Position numbers and translations under genes: made by a program. A stretch of DNA of 63,202 bases, counting the filler, from Octopus bimaculoides (taxonomy: Eukaryota): NCBI RefSeq assembly GCF_001194135.2. It is 5 parts of 5 records of this genome, joined end to end, with 100 filler letters (N's around TTAATTAATTAA, not from the genome) between each part and the next. Parts side by side here need not be neighbours in the genome. Positions count along the whole stretch, not along the records: positions 1 to 23,101 come from NC_068987.1; positions 23,202 to 39,714 come from NC_069008.1; 3 more parts are not named here. The stretch is one strand, 5' to 3'. Under the pieces are notes generated by a model. It was given only the letters and a program-made list of their open reading frames with translations, had not been told where the DNA came from and made no database searches. Shown in pieces: positions 13,088-24,029 of the stretch (position 1 is its first letter; every line of letters starts with the position of its first letter).

Positions 13088-13420
13088 TAGGCGCAAATGT
13101 AGTTGTGTGGTAAGAAGTTTGCCTCCCAACCACATGTTTCTAGGTTCAGTCCCACTTGATGTCACTTTTGACAAGAATCTTGTACTATAGCGTCGGGTCG
13201 ACAAAGCCTTGTGAGTGGATTTGGTAGACGGAAACTGAAACAAACCCCACGTGTGTGTGTATGTGTGTGTGTGTGTGTGTGTGTGCGTGTGCGTGTGCAT
13301 GCGTATGCGTTACAACGAAACAATAGTATTAAGGTCGACTCATTCGACCAAAACGTCTTCACGGAGGTGCCCCAACTTGGCCGCAGTCTAATGACTAAAA
13401 CAAGTAGAAGCGAAAAGATA
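13088..13420 (+). mobile_element. Composite SINE: family A head + (GT)n + family C tail
   Basis: A part 13088-13248, (GT)n 13252-13300, tail GGTCGACTCATTCGAC...GGAGGTGCCCCAACTTGGCCGCAGTCTAATGACTAAAACAAGTAG. The same arrangement occurs at 49062-49490. Confidence 0.8.
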
Positions 13421-13984
13421 TAANNNNNNNNNNNNNNNNNNNNNNNNNNNNNNNNNNNNNNNNNNNNNNNNNNNNNNNNNNNNNNNNNNNNNNNNNNNNN
13501 NNNNNNNNNNNNNNNNNNNNNNNNNNNNNNNNNNNNNNNNNNNNNNNNNNNNNNNNNNNNNNNNNNNNNNNNNNNNNNNNNNNNNNNNNNNNNNNNNNNN
13601 NNNNNNNNNNNNNNNNNNNNNNNNNNNNNNNNNNNNNNNNNNNNNNNNNNNNNNNNNNNNNNNNNNNNNNNNNNNNNNNNNNNNNNNNNNNNNNNNNNNN
13701 NNNNNNNNNNNNNNNNNNNNNNNNNNNNNNNNNNNNNNNNNNNNNNNNNNNNNNNNNNNNNNNNNNNNNNNNNNNNNNNNNNNNNNNNNNNNNNNNNNNN
13801 NNNNNNNNNNNNNNNNNNNNNNNNNNNNNNNNNNNNNNNNNNNNNNNNNNNNNNNNNNNNNNNNNNNNNNNNNNNNNNNNNNNNNNNNNNNNNNNNNNNT
13901 ATATATATATACGTATATATGTGTGTTTGTTTGTGTGTGTGTGTGTGTGCGTGTGTGTGTGCGTGTGTGTGTGCGTGTGTGAGA

Positions 13985-14445
13985 AGAATTTGTTTGATAT
14001 TCATATGATATTTGATGCAAGAGCGCAAATGTTTCCAAAATCCACTGATAGTGAAAAATCTCCGAAGAGTCCATGCAATCAATGCAAGTCATTCGCAGAT
14101 TAATATCTTTTTTACGTACATTCGTTGATGCTGATTTTGTTGTACAACTTCACGTTTGATCTACACAACAATTGCAATAACAATACAGATGTTCTAGGAA
14201 CGAATTCTATTCTTTGTTTATATGAACATTTATCTTCTACAATATTGTTTCGGTGAATCTTTTATATCACACGATACGGGTCTGTAGTTTGGAGGTTATA
14301 CGCTTCTTTCATCTTAGAGATTAAATCTTGTTTCCTATCGATGAAGCGTTCAAGAGTTTTACTGAGTTTTCTTCGGATGTTTCAATAAACAATAAATATT
14401 TCCTTGAGAAACTTGTGGGTCTTGGTTGCATATAAAATATTTCAA
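13985..14445 (-). pseudogene. Decayed coding-like segment of unknown identity, paralogous to 18130-18560
   Basis: Shares LQTTDPY, HRNNIVEDKCS(Y/H)KQRI(E/G)FV and NDL...LSVD...ASNI with the 18-kb copy. In-frame stops are present. Confidence 0.5.
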
Positions 14446-14555
14446 CCGAAAGCTTAGAAATTTATTATCTCCTCATGTCATTTGCCTGGGTCAGATTCCG
14501 TAGTGTCTGAGTATTTTTTGATTTTTTATCTATATGAATACGTATATATATATAC

Positions 14556-14847
14556 GTGGATACTGAGGACATTCCGTACAAGGGATCAAAAAGTCATTTT
14601 GACTCTGTGGAAGACATTTGTTCTGAGCCGCCTAGACTATTGCTCTCAGTTGTGGTCACCACACAGTGTTAAGCGGACAGCAGAACTCGAGGCAATTCAG
14701 CGGCACTATACAAAAAATATCGCCACAGTCCAACAGATGAACTACAGGGAGCGACTGAAGGCACTAGGTCTCTACTCCCTGGAGCGCAGGCGGGAGAGAT
14801 ATGTAATAATATACATATGGAAAATACTGGAAGGACTGGTGCCAAAC
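14556..14847 (+). mobile_element. CR1/L2-group LINE ORF2 C-terminal fragment
   Basis: ILRTFRTRDQKVILTLWKTFVLSRLDYCSQLWSPH...LEAIQRHYTK...MNYRERLKALGLYSLERRRERYVIIYIWKILEGLVPN, the typical post-RT region of CR1/L2/Jockey-group elements. Confidence 0.9.
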
Positions 14848-14924
14848 TCTTATACACCAGATGTGCCATCAAAACTCTTGATTGGACCATGTCAGGTGGG
14901 GGAGAAGAGCCATGCGAGGAACGT

Positions 14925-14990
14925 GAAAATCACGGTGGTGCACCAGCATGACCGCAGCCACTTGGCTGAAACACATAAATAAATAAAATA
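14925..14990 (+). mobile_element. LINE/SINE-type 3' tail (family C-like)
   Basis: CACGGTGGTGCACCAGCATGACCGCAGCCACTTGGCTGAAACACATAAATAAATAAAA resembles the tails at 13360-13420 and 49425-49490. Confidence 0.6.
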
Positions 14991-14999
14991 AATATATAT

Positions 15000-15032
<33 letters not shown>

Positions 15033-16283
15033 GTAACAAACTGAGGAAAAAGATCCTTCAAAGGGATGTTAAACATCTAATTCACTGGTACATCAGTTGA
15101 ATACCATATAAATATTGGTATAATGCAATTACAAAGATAAATTAATTAGAAAGATACTATTAACAATCCAATAATCTATTTATATTATGATATTACATGA
15201 TATACTATGAATATAATATAACAATAGTGTATATAACATAAACAATTATTAAAGAAAAGATAAAAGGCCAAGAATTGTTTCGACTAATGTACTTTTTCTG
15301 ACATACATACACAATAACATTTCCCTTATAATATATAAGTTACTTCAGGGTCATGGTTTAAAGATGGACTAAATTCCGTGTGAAAGGGCGGCTGGACTGT
15401 GAAGGTTAATTCAAATGTCTGTATAATGAATGCGAGCGTTAACTTCCCAATCATACACCAATTGCAATTAAAAGACAACAAAAACATTAACAGACGACAC
15501 ACCCAAGTAAATGCAGTCCACAACCATCGAAATTCACTTCATTACATCTCAAACACATATCAATCGAAACCCGATCATGTCCACGAGAGTCTCTCGTTAC
15601 CATATGTATTTATATACATATATATGTATATAATTAAGTATCTAAGTCTTCCCCTATTTAGAACTGCAACAAGAAATATATAAACAATTCCATCTTCAAT
15701 ACAACAACTCTTCTATTTATTTAAATTAATTGATCTAAAAATTTCCTTTTTAATTAACTAATAATAATTTTCTATATTTATTGTTTTCTCGGAGAGATAA
15801 TTCCGTAATAGATATGAATAGAAACCTAATAAAGACTTTTCCTTGTTTACTTAATTTATCGTAGGGAGAATTCCGTAATAAACATTAATAAAAACTTAAA
15901 GCTGTAAATGCGATAACCAAAGTATCCCATAGATATATATTTAGGCTATAGTAATGGAAATCAAATTTACTAATTTCTAAGAGGTGACCAGATTTAAATT
16001 TATTTAAATAATGATTGTTATGCATATATTATGTGAATATATTTAGTGAATCGATAGAAATCATTAATATAAACCAAACAAGTTTTGAGGACTGTTCTCG
16101 ATGAACTAATCAATATTATTATTTACGAAATGAGGGACCATACATAGTGTATATCCAAACTCTATCAATACTTTCAGAAGTAACAAACAACATTGTTGTA
16201 ATCAGAATGCAATTTATAAACTATACATTATTATAATAATTATTATTTTGGTTATTAAATTTATTTAGTAAGTCAAATGAAAC

Positions 16284-16386
<103 letters not shown>

Positions 16387-16654
16387 CATCAATTAATAAA
16401 TTAAATAAGTGTATTTATACACCCATTCATTTAGTATAATGAAGACATCTTATTTGTGCTATGTGATTAATATTAAATACTAATATTATGATAAATGTAA
16501 CAGTAACTGCAAAAATATGCACTAAAATTAAGCAATTCAGAATTGGTCCACTAATAATCAATTTTCCAAAATATTAAGCATACATTGAGTATATATTTTA
16601 AAAAACCCATAATAATATCAAATCATTTATTGACATAATAAATTATTTAGCCAC

Positions 16655-16915
16655 TTGAGCGCCAATGAAGAAACGCTCCAATTGTGGGACCTCCAAGACT
16701 GTGGCAAGTTACTTGGGAAATCAGGACAAACAAGCAAAGCCATTTTCACCGCCTCCATTCTTCCTCATGTTCCGAAAACCACCAGAAATCGCATCCTTAG
16801 GACAATGGTTTCTGTTCGAGAATCCTTTAAACTACTTCCTCACAGGAGTGTGAGGTTTCAATGGCCCCAAAATTACATGACGTTTGACTTGAGTTGTGTT
16901 CTGTTCACTGATGTT
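16655..16915 (+). mobile_element. Tc1-family transposase fragment
   Basis: KKRSNCGTSK / SGQTSKAIFTASILPHVPKTTRNRILRTM...HRSVRFQWPQNYMTFDLSCVLFTD covers the second HTH and the approach to the first catalytic Asp (W.....VLFTDE pattern). Confidence 0.75.
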
Positions 16916-16949
16916 TACGGTGCGATCACTTCTTTAGGCCACGGAATGT

Positions 16950-19900
16950 GAGTCCAGCAGTTTTCAACCTGATTGATTTTTGTTTTTGTTTTATTTTTTT
17001 GTTTCAGAAATTTTTATATGTTTTCCTTAGTATTATAACTTTTTGACAATGCAGAGAAGTTTTTTGACACTATCTTCTCCTAACACATTTGGAGTTTCCT
17101 TTTACGTTTTGAATTTAACCTTTCAGTTGCTTGTCTTATGATTTTCTTCATTTTTCTTACAGATATCCATTACCTCAGCTTCTTTTCTAAATATATAGCG
17201 TTCATTCATGACAATACAATTTTAATATTTTTTCTTTTATTTCCTAGTCTGTTACAGTCTGCGTTATATTCTTATTTCTTTATTGTACATTATTACTTCT
17301 ACAATTGCTGTCTCTGTAGCTATATCATATATACTGTCTTCTGGAATTAATTATTTCTTCATAACCTACACTTTTCATCTTGTTATTTTTCGTATTCTGC
17401 CTCATCGTATGGTTTTGGTACTTTCTGGCCTTTGCCTAATGATATGTCAGTCCGACATATCAACACGTTTTCAGACAAAAAGCAGTTTTCTAATTTTTTT
17501 TATAGATATTTATATTCGTTTCTTTTTAGTATATTAGATCTGTTTGTACTCGTACAGTCAGCCAACATTTTATATTAAAATTCTGGTTTCCCAAAATCTT
17601 ATTTCGATGTATTCGCGGCAGCTTTTGGGCAATGTATTCTAAATGAAGACATTAGTTTTTTGGGGTATCTAGAGTATTGATATATTTTTTGCATAAATAT
17701 TTAACATTTCTAAAGAATTCGTTTCTCCTTTTTCTTTCATTTGTGTTTATTGTACTCTGCATAGTTCATTGATTTGTGTATTGGAAGGTTTGATTTTCAT
17801 CTAATTCTTTTGTCTCTGTATCTTTACCTAAAATCAGTTAATATTTGTGGTTTTTCATTTATTTTTTCCATTCTTTCATGATTGTCTCTGGGCACATTTG
17901 TTTAAGACATATTTCATGTCAATTTTTCTAAAGAATCAGTGCATTATTTGTAAGAGACTTTCCAGTTATAATCTGCAGTGAACACATTTAGGTCCTCTAA
18001 TGGCAATTTCGTTCTAATTCGGTGAGGGTAATTATATGAATGATGTAGAGAAAAAGAGTGGTGAGAAGAACTTTTGGTATATCCCTCTCCTGTAACTTTT
18101 GTGATTTGAATTTCATAATTCCCTTTTTCTGCTTCTCTGTGCAGAATATTTTGGCATTTATTTACGACGGATTTGATATTTGATGCAATAACGTAAATGC
18201 ATGCTGAGTCCACCGATAATAAACAATTTCAGAAGCATTCTGTCAACCACTGCAGGTCATTCTCATATCCATTTTTTTTATCTACAATATTTGATAATAA
18301 CTTCATTGCACAACATTTTGTTGTTTACGACAGTATGAATCATTAAAGCAACAGTTCTGATTTTCTAGAAACAAATCCTATTCTTTGTTTATGTGAACAT
18401 TTATCTTCTACAATATTGTTTCTGTGAAGCGCAAGATATGGGTCTGTAGTTTGAAGCATCTTATTTCTTTGATCTTTGAGATTAAGCGCGTTTCCTATCG
18501 ATGATAGATTCAGGCGTTCTTCTGTGTTTTAGAGGTTCTTATTTTCTTTTCAAAAAATACTGTATATATATATATCTCTAAGCATTTTGTATGCTTTTGA
18601 AAAATACTAAACATTATTTAAATATTTAAACTGGAAGCTTGGACGTTTATCATTGCATCAAGTTTTTTCAAGTTTTTCTCTTGAACAACTTTTGGATTTT
18701 ATATGCCTTCCTCCAATTGCTGAAGTGTTGCACGTATAATTTGCATTTTCGTCTGAAGTAATCCTTTACTATATTTTCCCCAGAATTGTTTCATTTCGCT
18801 ACTTGTTAGCGCAGCATTAATTTCATTCTTTGTGTTCACCATCCTAAAATTATTTTCGATTTGTGTCGAAATTACATATATCATCAAAAATTGAGGACTT
18901 TTTTCATGATGATGGATTCGTTGCGACATAGCAAGGCTTACCTTCTCTCATTTAGTCTTCAGTCGTATTTGTCACACTGCGTTATTATTTTAATCTTACA
19001 TATGTAGAATTTCATTAAGGATTAGATCTTTCGCTAATTTTCTATCGTTACACTGTTGTTTCCCCTGCTGATTATTTCACAGTTAATGTTCTTTCAATAA
19101 CCCAAAGGAAATACTCCGTCTGTTGTGCAATTTAATTCATTTCTCCTTAAGCATACGATAGGCAGTTGGATGCTTTATATTGCTATTGATACTTGTCGCT
19201 AAGTTTTATATTCAGAATGGCATTATGTTAACCTACAGGAAGATCTATTGATTTTAATTCTTTAGCTATTTTCACTTTTAAATTATTGTTATACTTAAAT
19301 ATACTATCTTTAGAATTCTTTATTCTTAAATATTTCTCACATCAAGTTTTATTCATATTTTCATTGGCGTAGTCCTAGTTTGATTTAGCTTTTCTTGGTT
19401 AACACTCTGTAAGTATGGTAGACGTTAATATTCCTGTGTTTTGTTATTCAGCTTGTTTGTTTTGCCTGCATTAATTTTATCTTTACGATTTAGCTTTTCC
19501 ATACTTCCCGCATAAATGATACTATATAATAAAATTAAATGTATTGTTACTGTCTGGGTTTTGCATTTTTCTTATGTTTCTTCATTTTTAGTATCATGTT
19601 TATATTCTTCTGCCTGATGGCTCTTCAGTTTTATGAATATATTTCCTTGAAATATATCGATTATTTGGATTCAAAGTCGCTGTTTGATCAAAGTTTAATT
19701 GCCTGTGATCACTGTGAATATTCGTTGTTGGTGCCTTGTCTTCTGTATTTCTTTTCCTTTTTTTTCTACGGTGGATAGAGGAACAAAGATTGTAGCTGTA
19801 AATTGTATGTCTAATCTCAAAGGGTACTTTCTGTTGACCATTTCCTATATTATTTGGAGTACTTCGGTTCTAAAATAAGATGATTTACAACGCATGTCTT

Positions 19901-19950
19901 CCGCTTCATCATATAGCAGTTTATTCGGTCCAAGAATATGGAGCAACACC
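16950..19950 (-). pseudogene. Long, heavily decayed coding-like region of unknown identity
   Basis: A-rich minus strand, almost free of microsatellites. Protein-like stretches (ORFs 17944-18213 and 18699-18929) are broken by stops and frameshifts. Part of it is duplicated at 14 kb. No RT or DDE motif was recognised. Confidence 0.35.
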
Positions 19951-20058
19951 GTTGCTCTATCTATCTATCTATCTATCTATCTATTTATTGGTCTGTTTGT
20001 CAATCTGTCTGTTTATCTATCGATCTGTCTGCTTGAATGTCCGTGTCTCTCTATATAG

Positions 20059-20090
<32 letters not shown>

Positions 20091-21059
20091 TTGTCTCTCT
20101 CTCACTCTCTCTCTCTCTCTCTCTCTCTCNNNNNNNNNNNNNNNNNNNNNNNNNNNNNNNNNNNNNNNNNNNNNNNNNNNNNNNNNNNNNNNNNNNNNNN
20201 NNNNNNNNNNNNNNNNNNNNNNNNNNNNNGTGTGTGTGTGTGTGTGTGTGTGCGTGTGTGTGTGTGTATGTGTGTGTTATAAGCATATGTTTGTATGTTC
20301 TAAGTCCACAAAAGGGTCACAGATATGGAGTGAGTGAGAGACAGAGAGAGAGGGAGCGAGAGAGAGAGAAAGAAAGAGACTGAGACAGACAGGACGACGT
20401 AGATGGAGTTAGTTGATACTACTATGTATGAGCCAGTGTATATGAAGATCGCTATGCATTTACATCTCCAGCTCGATCAGATTTCGCGACATTTCCAATA
20501 ATTACTCATTGTATGCTGGGTTACATTTTGAATGAAGCTGTTAACTGAAACTATGAGGAAGCATGTCGGATGGACCATACTTGTTTTACTGTAAGCAATA
20601 TGGAACAGCATTCAAATAGAAAAAATACGTATGTATAGATTTGCCCCGTTTGAGATATGACTTACGGAGTCATACTGATTGAGAAATTATTTGTGTAATT
20701 TGATTCATGATTTTCATGTTATTTGCATATAGTGGTTCATGTACCGCTGCCCCGTGTCATCCTATCTACATCTCTAATCTGCAAACTTTAGCAACCCAGT
20801 GAATATGTACTCACAACCACTAATAACACTATGTGATACGATCATTGTCCTTAGGTAGCATCAGTTATTTTCGATTTGTTTACCCCTAGACAGTAAGAAA
20901 AATGAATAATATTTCCTTCAGGCTTCGCTTTTGTCACAATTATTCAAACCCTAAGGAACCTCTTTCAACACATGGTCATAATGCGCCTCCACTACTCCTG
21001 CTCATGATCAGAGATGAATATATATTGTCAGCCACCAAAGGACAGGCTCCAGTGGTTAC

Positions 21060-21242
21060 ATCAAGCAATTGATAAGCAGATATATGGTATTGACTAGAAT
21101 ATTTCCTACAACGATAGTTCTGCTTCAGAAACTCAGAGTTGAATGTCTGAAATGTAATGGAAATTAGATCAGTTTCAAAAACGTTTATGACCAGGTCACA
21201 AAAGCAAAGTTTGAAGGGAACAGTGATCATTTCCTTTGATTT
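21060..21242 (-). CDS. Possible isolated internal exon (61 codons, phase 0/0)
   Basis: Pyrimidine-rich acceptor ttcctattaccactatctAG, open frame KSKEMITVPFKLCFCDLVINVFETD...YQLLD, and donor GAT|GTAACC. No homology recognised. Confidence 0.2.
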
Positions 21243-22702
21243 CTAGATAGTGGTAATAGGAAATAACACTTACTGATTTAAGACATAAAAACCTTCAATT
21301 TTGCTAAAATTCTGATGTCAAATAATACAGTTCTCAATGTATAACGAAACAAAGCTGGAGCCGTCTGTGTTACAACAGGAAGTCAAATATCCTTCAAATT
21401 TCATTCTACTATTTTGTAAATAGACAAACATTTCCATAGGATTCGTCGGTCATTCGATCGACTGCTTGTTTAAGCTATGCTCAAACTGAACTTACGAGAG
21501 GCTAAGCATCAACAACAATCCGAGCAACAACAAACACGCATTAACTAACTCCTGTTCCCTGTCAAAATAAATACCACTCTTAAATTCCGTTATTTATTAA
21601 ATTATTTGATAAATTTGATAATTTCCGCTAAAATATTTAATTCTCAAATTAGCCAAGATGTATTTTATCGTCTTCATTGTATCAACGAATGTAATAAACA
21701 AAATATCATTTTTCATGAGAACTGAAGAAAATTGGGAAATACTTTATTTAATTTATTGAAGCTTTTATTCTTTTCAATTTATTATGACATCTTAGATCAG
21801 TGGATTAATGCACATGATGTTAGTCTCTAGGCAACAGATCTGTAACAATAACAATTGGATCTCAGGGAATCCACACGAAACTAAGAATTAATCCCAGGAA
21901 TACTAATGTCTGATTAGCTAAGAGAAATTAATGTCAGCTAATCACAAATAAAGCCATCCATGTATACGTATGTACATCATTCGCTACATTCATCCGGCTA
22001 TTAAGCCGCTCACATATGCACACACAATCGAATGGGAAACAGAAGCACACAAGAAAGACAGAGATTCCTATTATTATTACTGTTCTTGTTGTTATTGTGG
22101 TTGTTGTTGCTGTTGTTGTTGTTTTTGTCGTTTTTGTCGTTGTTGTTGTTTTAATTGCTAGGGAAAAGAATTAACCGTAAAGAATTAACATTTTCCATCG
22201 TTTCACTAGCATTACACTGCGTTTCATTTGCTTGCTCAGTCAATATAGTTGTGAAGTATATACTGAATTTGCGGAGATAGTGCAAAAGCAATTGGCTACC
22301 TTGTTACTGGTAGCCCAGTTTTAATAAAGAAAGATTACGTTTACAGGTATTACTGAGCTGGAAGAATCATACGATGGAATATCGGCTAACATTACAAGAT
22401 ACTAACAGAAAGCTGGTGCTAGAAACACACCAGAAACGGCTTCGGAAAATGACACTTCTACTATAACCTAGAAGATGCAAGAAAGCAAATACCTACGTAA
22501 CCGAAATATACGTGCCAACAGACGAGAGTGCATCTCTAAAATTAATACAAGAGCTTTCTTACTATGAGGTTCTAGTAACAGAGTTAACCAGAAAGGTGAC
22601 TCCCCTGTTTAGGCACATACTCTCAAGTTACACAGAGATGGTTTAATTTATTCAACGCAAACGTCCATTGTTTTTGTAATTTTTAACTTGAAACTCCCAG
22701 AA

Positions 22703-22799
22703 TTGTTGTTGTTGTTGTTGTTGTTGATGATGATGGTGATGACGATGATGATGATGAGGTTGATGATGATGATGATGATGATGAAGATGATGATGATGA

Positions 22800-22857
<58 letters not shown>

Positions 22858-22858
22858 G
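22703..22858. repeat. Compound (TTG)-(GAT)-(ATT)n microsatellite
   Basis: Direct reading. Confidence 0.95.
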
Positions 22859-23101
22859 TTCAGTAGTTTTATTTTTATAACGTGCTTTCACTTCACTACC
22901 GAGCGCAGCTCTGTGCGCCTTGGGTATGTGCTGTGGTTTGCTGTGGTGCTCTTATGTTTACTGTATTGAAAGTGTTTTGCGTAGAAAGTGTGCAGTTCCC
23001 AGTAGTGCAATTTTCTGTATGTTATATATATTTGTAAGACCTGGTGTTTTTGTTATGTATTTGTCTGAATATTTTTTTATTGTACCTAAGGCACCTACTA
23101 T
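22859..23101 (-). mobile_element. R4/Dong-type (RLE) non-LTR retrotransposon 3' end
   Basis: Minus strand reads VGALGTIKKYSDKYITKTPGLTNIYNIQKIALLGTAHFLRKTLSIQ* (stop 22958-22960), the conserved end of restriction-like endonuclease ORFs. A ~100-nt 3'UTR runs into (TAA)n. Confidence 0.85.
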
Positions 23102-23201
23102 NNNNNNNNNNNNNNNNNNNNNNNNNNNNNNNNNNNNNNNNNNNNTTAATTAATTAANNNNNNNNNNNNNNNNNNNNNNNNNNNNNNNNNNNNNNNNNNN
23201 N
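23102..23201. other. Artificial scaffold linker (44 N + TTAATTAATTAA + 44 N)
   Basis: The 12-mer at 23146-23157 has stops in all six frames. The structure is repeated identically four times. Confidence 0.95.
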
Positions 23202-23402
23202 AAACAGCAACAAAAAGGACAGAAACAACTCACTAAACTAGGCAGAAGCAATTCAAATCAGTACGACGAGCCTGGAGTCGCTTGCCGGCTGGATAGAGAA
23301 GCCTGTTTCGCCTTCGCAAACTTATATAAATCATAGTGAAGTTTATTCACTGATCAGCAAAATTAGAAATATAATATTTCTAAATCTCTTAGAGAGATTT
23401 AA

Positions 23403-23539
23403 GCAGTAGTGGAGCGATAAAGTTGTAGTATATTGTCAACTTAATGTGACAATCCCAATAAGGGAACACACTACTGCCGTTTAGCCCTAGGAAACTGGAC
23501 CGCTTCCATTCGGCCTTGACACAATTACTGTGTCCTTAA
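23403..23539. repeat. Dispersed repeat homologous to the outer arm of the 46885-47358 foldback element
   Basis: Shares ATATTGTCAACTTAATGTGACA, TTAGCCCTAGGAAAC and TTGACACA..CTGTG.CCTTA with 46866-47002. Confidence 0.8.
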
Positions 23540-23599
23540 GAGAGAGAGAAAGAGAGAGATTTATCATACTGGTAATGCATACACGTATATATATGAAAA

Positions 23600-24025
23600 T
23601 TAACCAGTCATTTTATTGCCGCCAGTCAGGAATTATTATTGAGTTTCTGAATTCAGGAAAAAAGTAAGAAAAATTTTCCATTATGGGTATTTTGAAATTA
23701 AAATTTGAATTATTCCGAAATATACATTCAGATAGGCTTTTTAAGCTGAGAAGATTCACGGAATAACTTTGTTTCTCTTTGAGCATATTTTCCGAAAGTT
23801 TATACGGAAATTGTTTTGTGTTTAATTAAAAGGCATAACTTTAAAGAAATTGTTGAAAAAAATTTGCTCGAACTAAAATCTCTTCGAGTCTAATTCAAAA
23901 TCACATAAATTTTAAGAAATTGTTACACTTACTACAATACTCTGCCTTAGAATTATTGCGAATTTCAGTGCCCACGCAGATTGTTTTGAAGCCACCCTAA
24001 GCATCAAAGTCTGGCGACGGACCTG
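23600..24025. mobile_element. Probable non-autonomous DNA-transposon remnant ending in a hAT-like TIR
   Basis: Ends CTGGCGACGGACCTG (24011-24025), 12/15 identical to the TIR at 26558-26572. The left end was not found. Confidence 0.4.
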
Positions 24026-24029
24026 GATA

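Noticed and set aside
23146-23157. TTAATTAATTAA as a biological palindrome or PacI/piggyBac site
   Set aside because: It is always centred in exactly 44+44 N, so it is an assembly linker.
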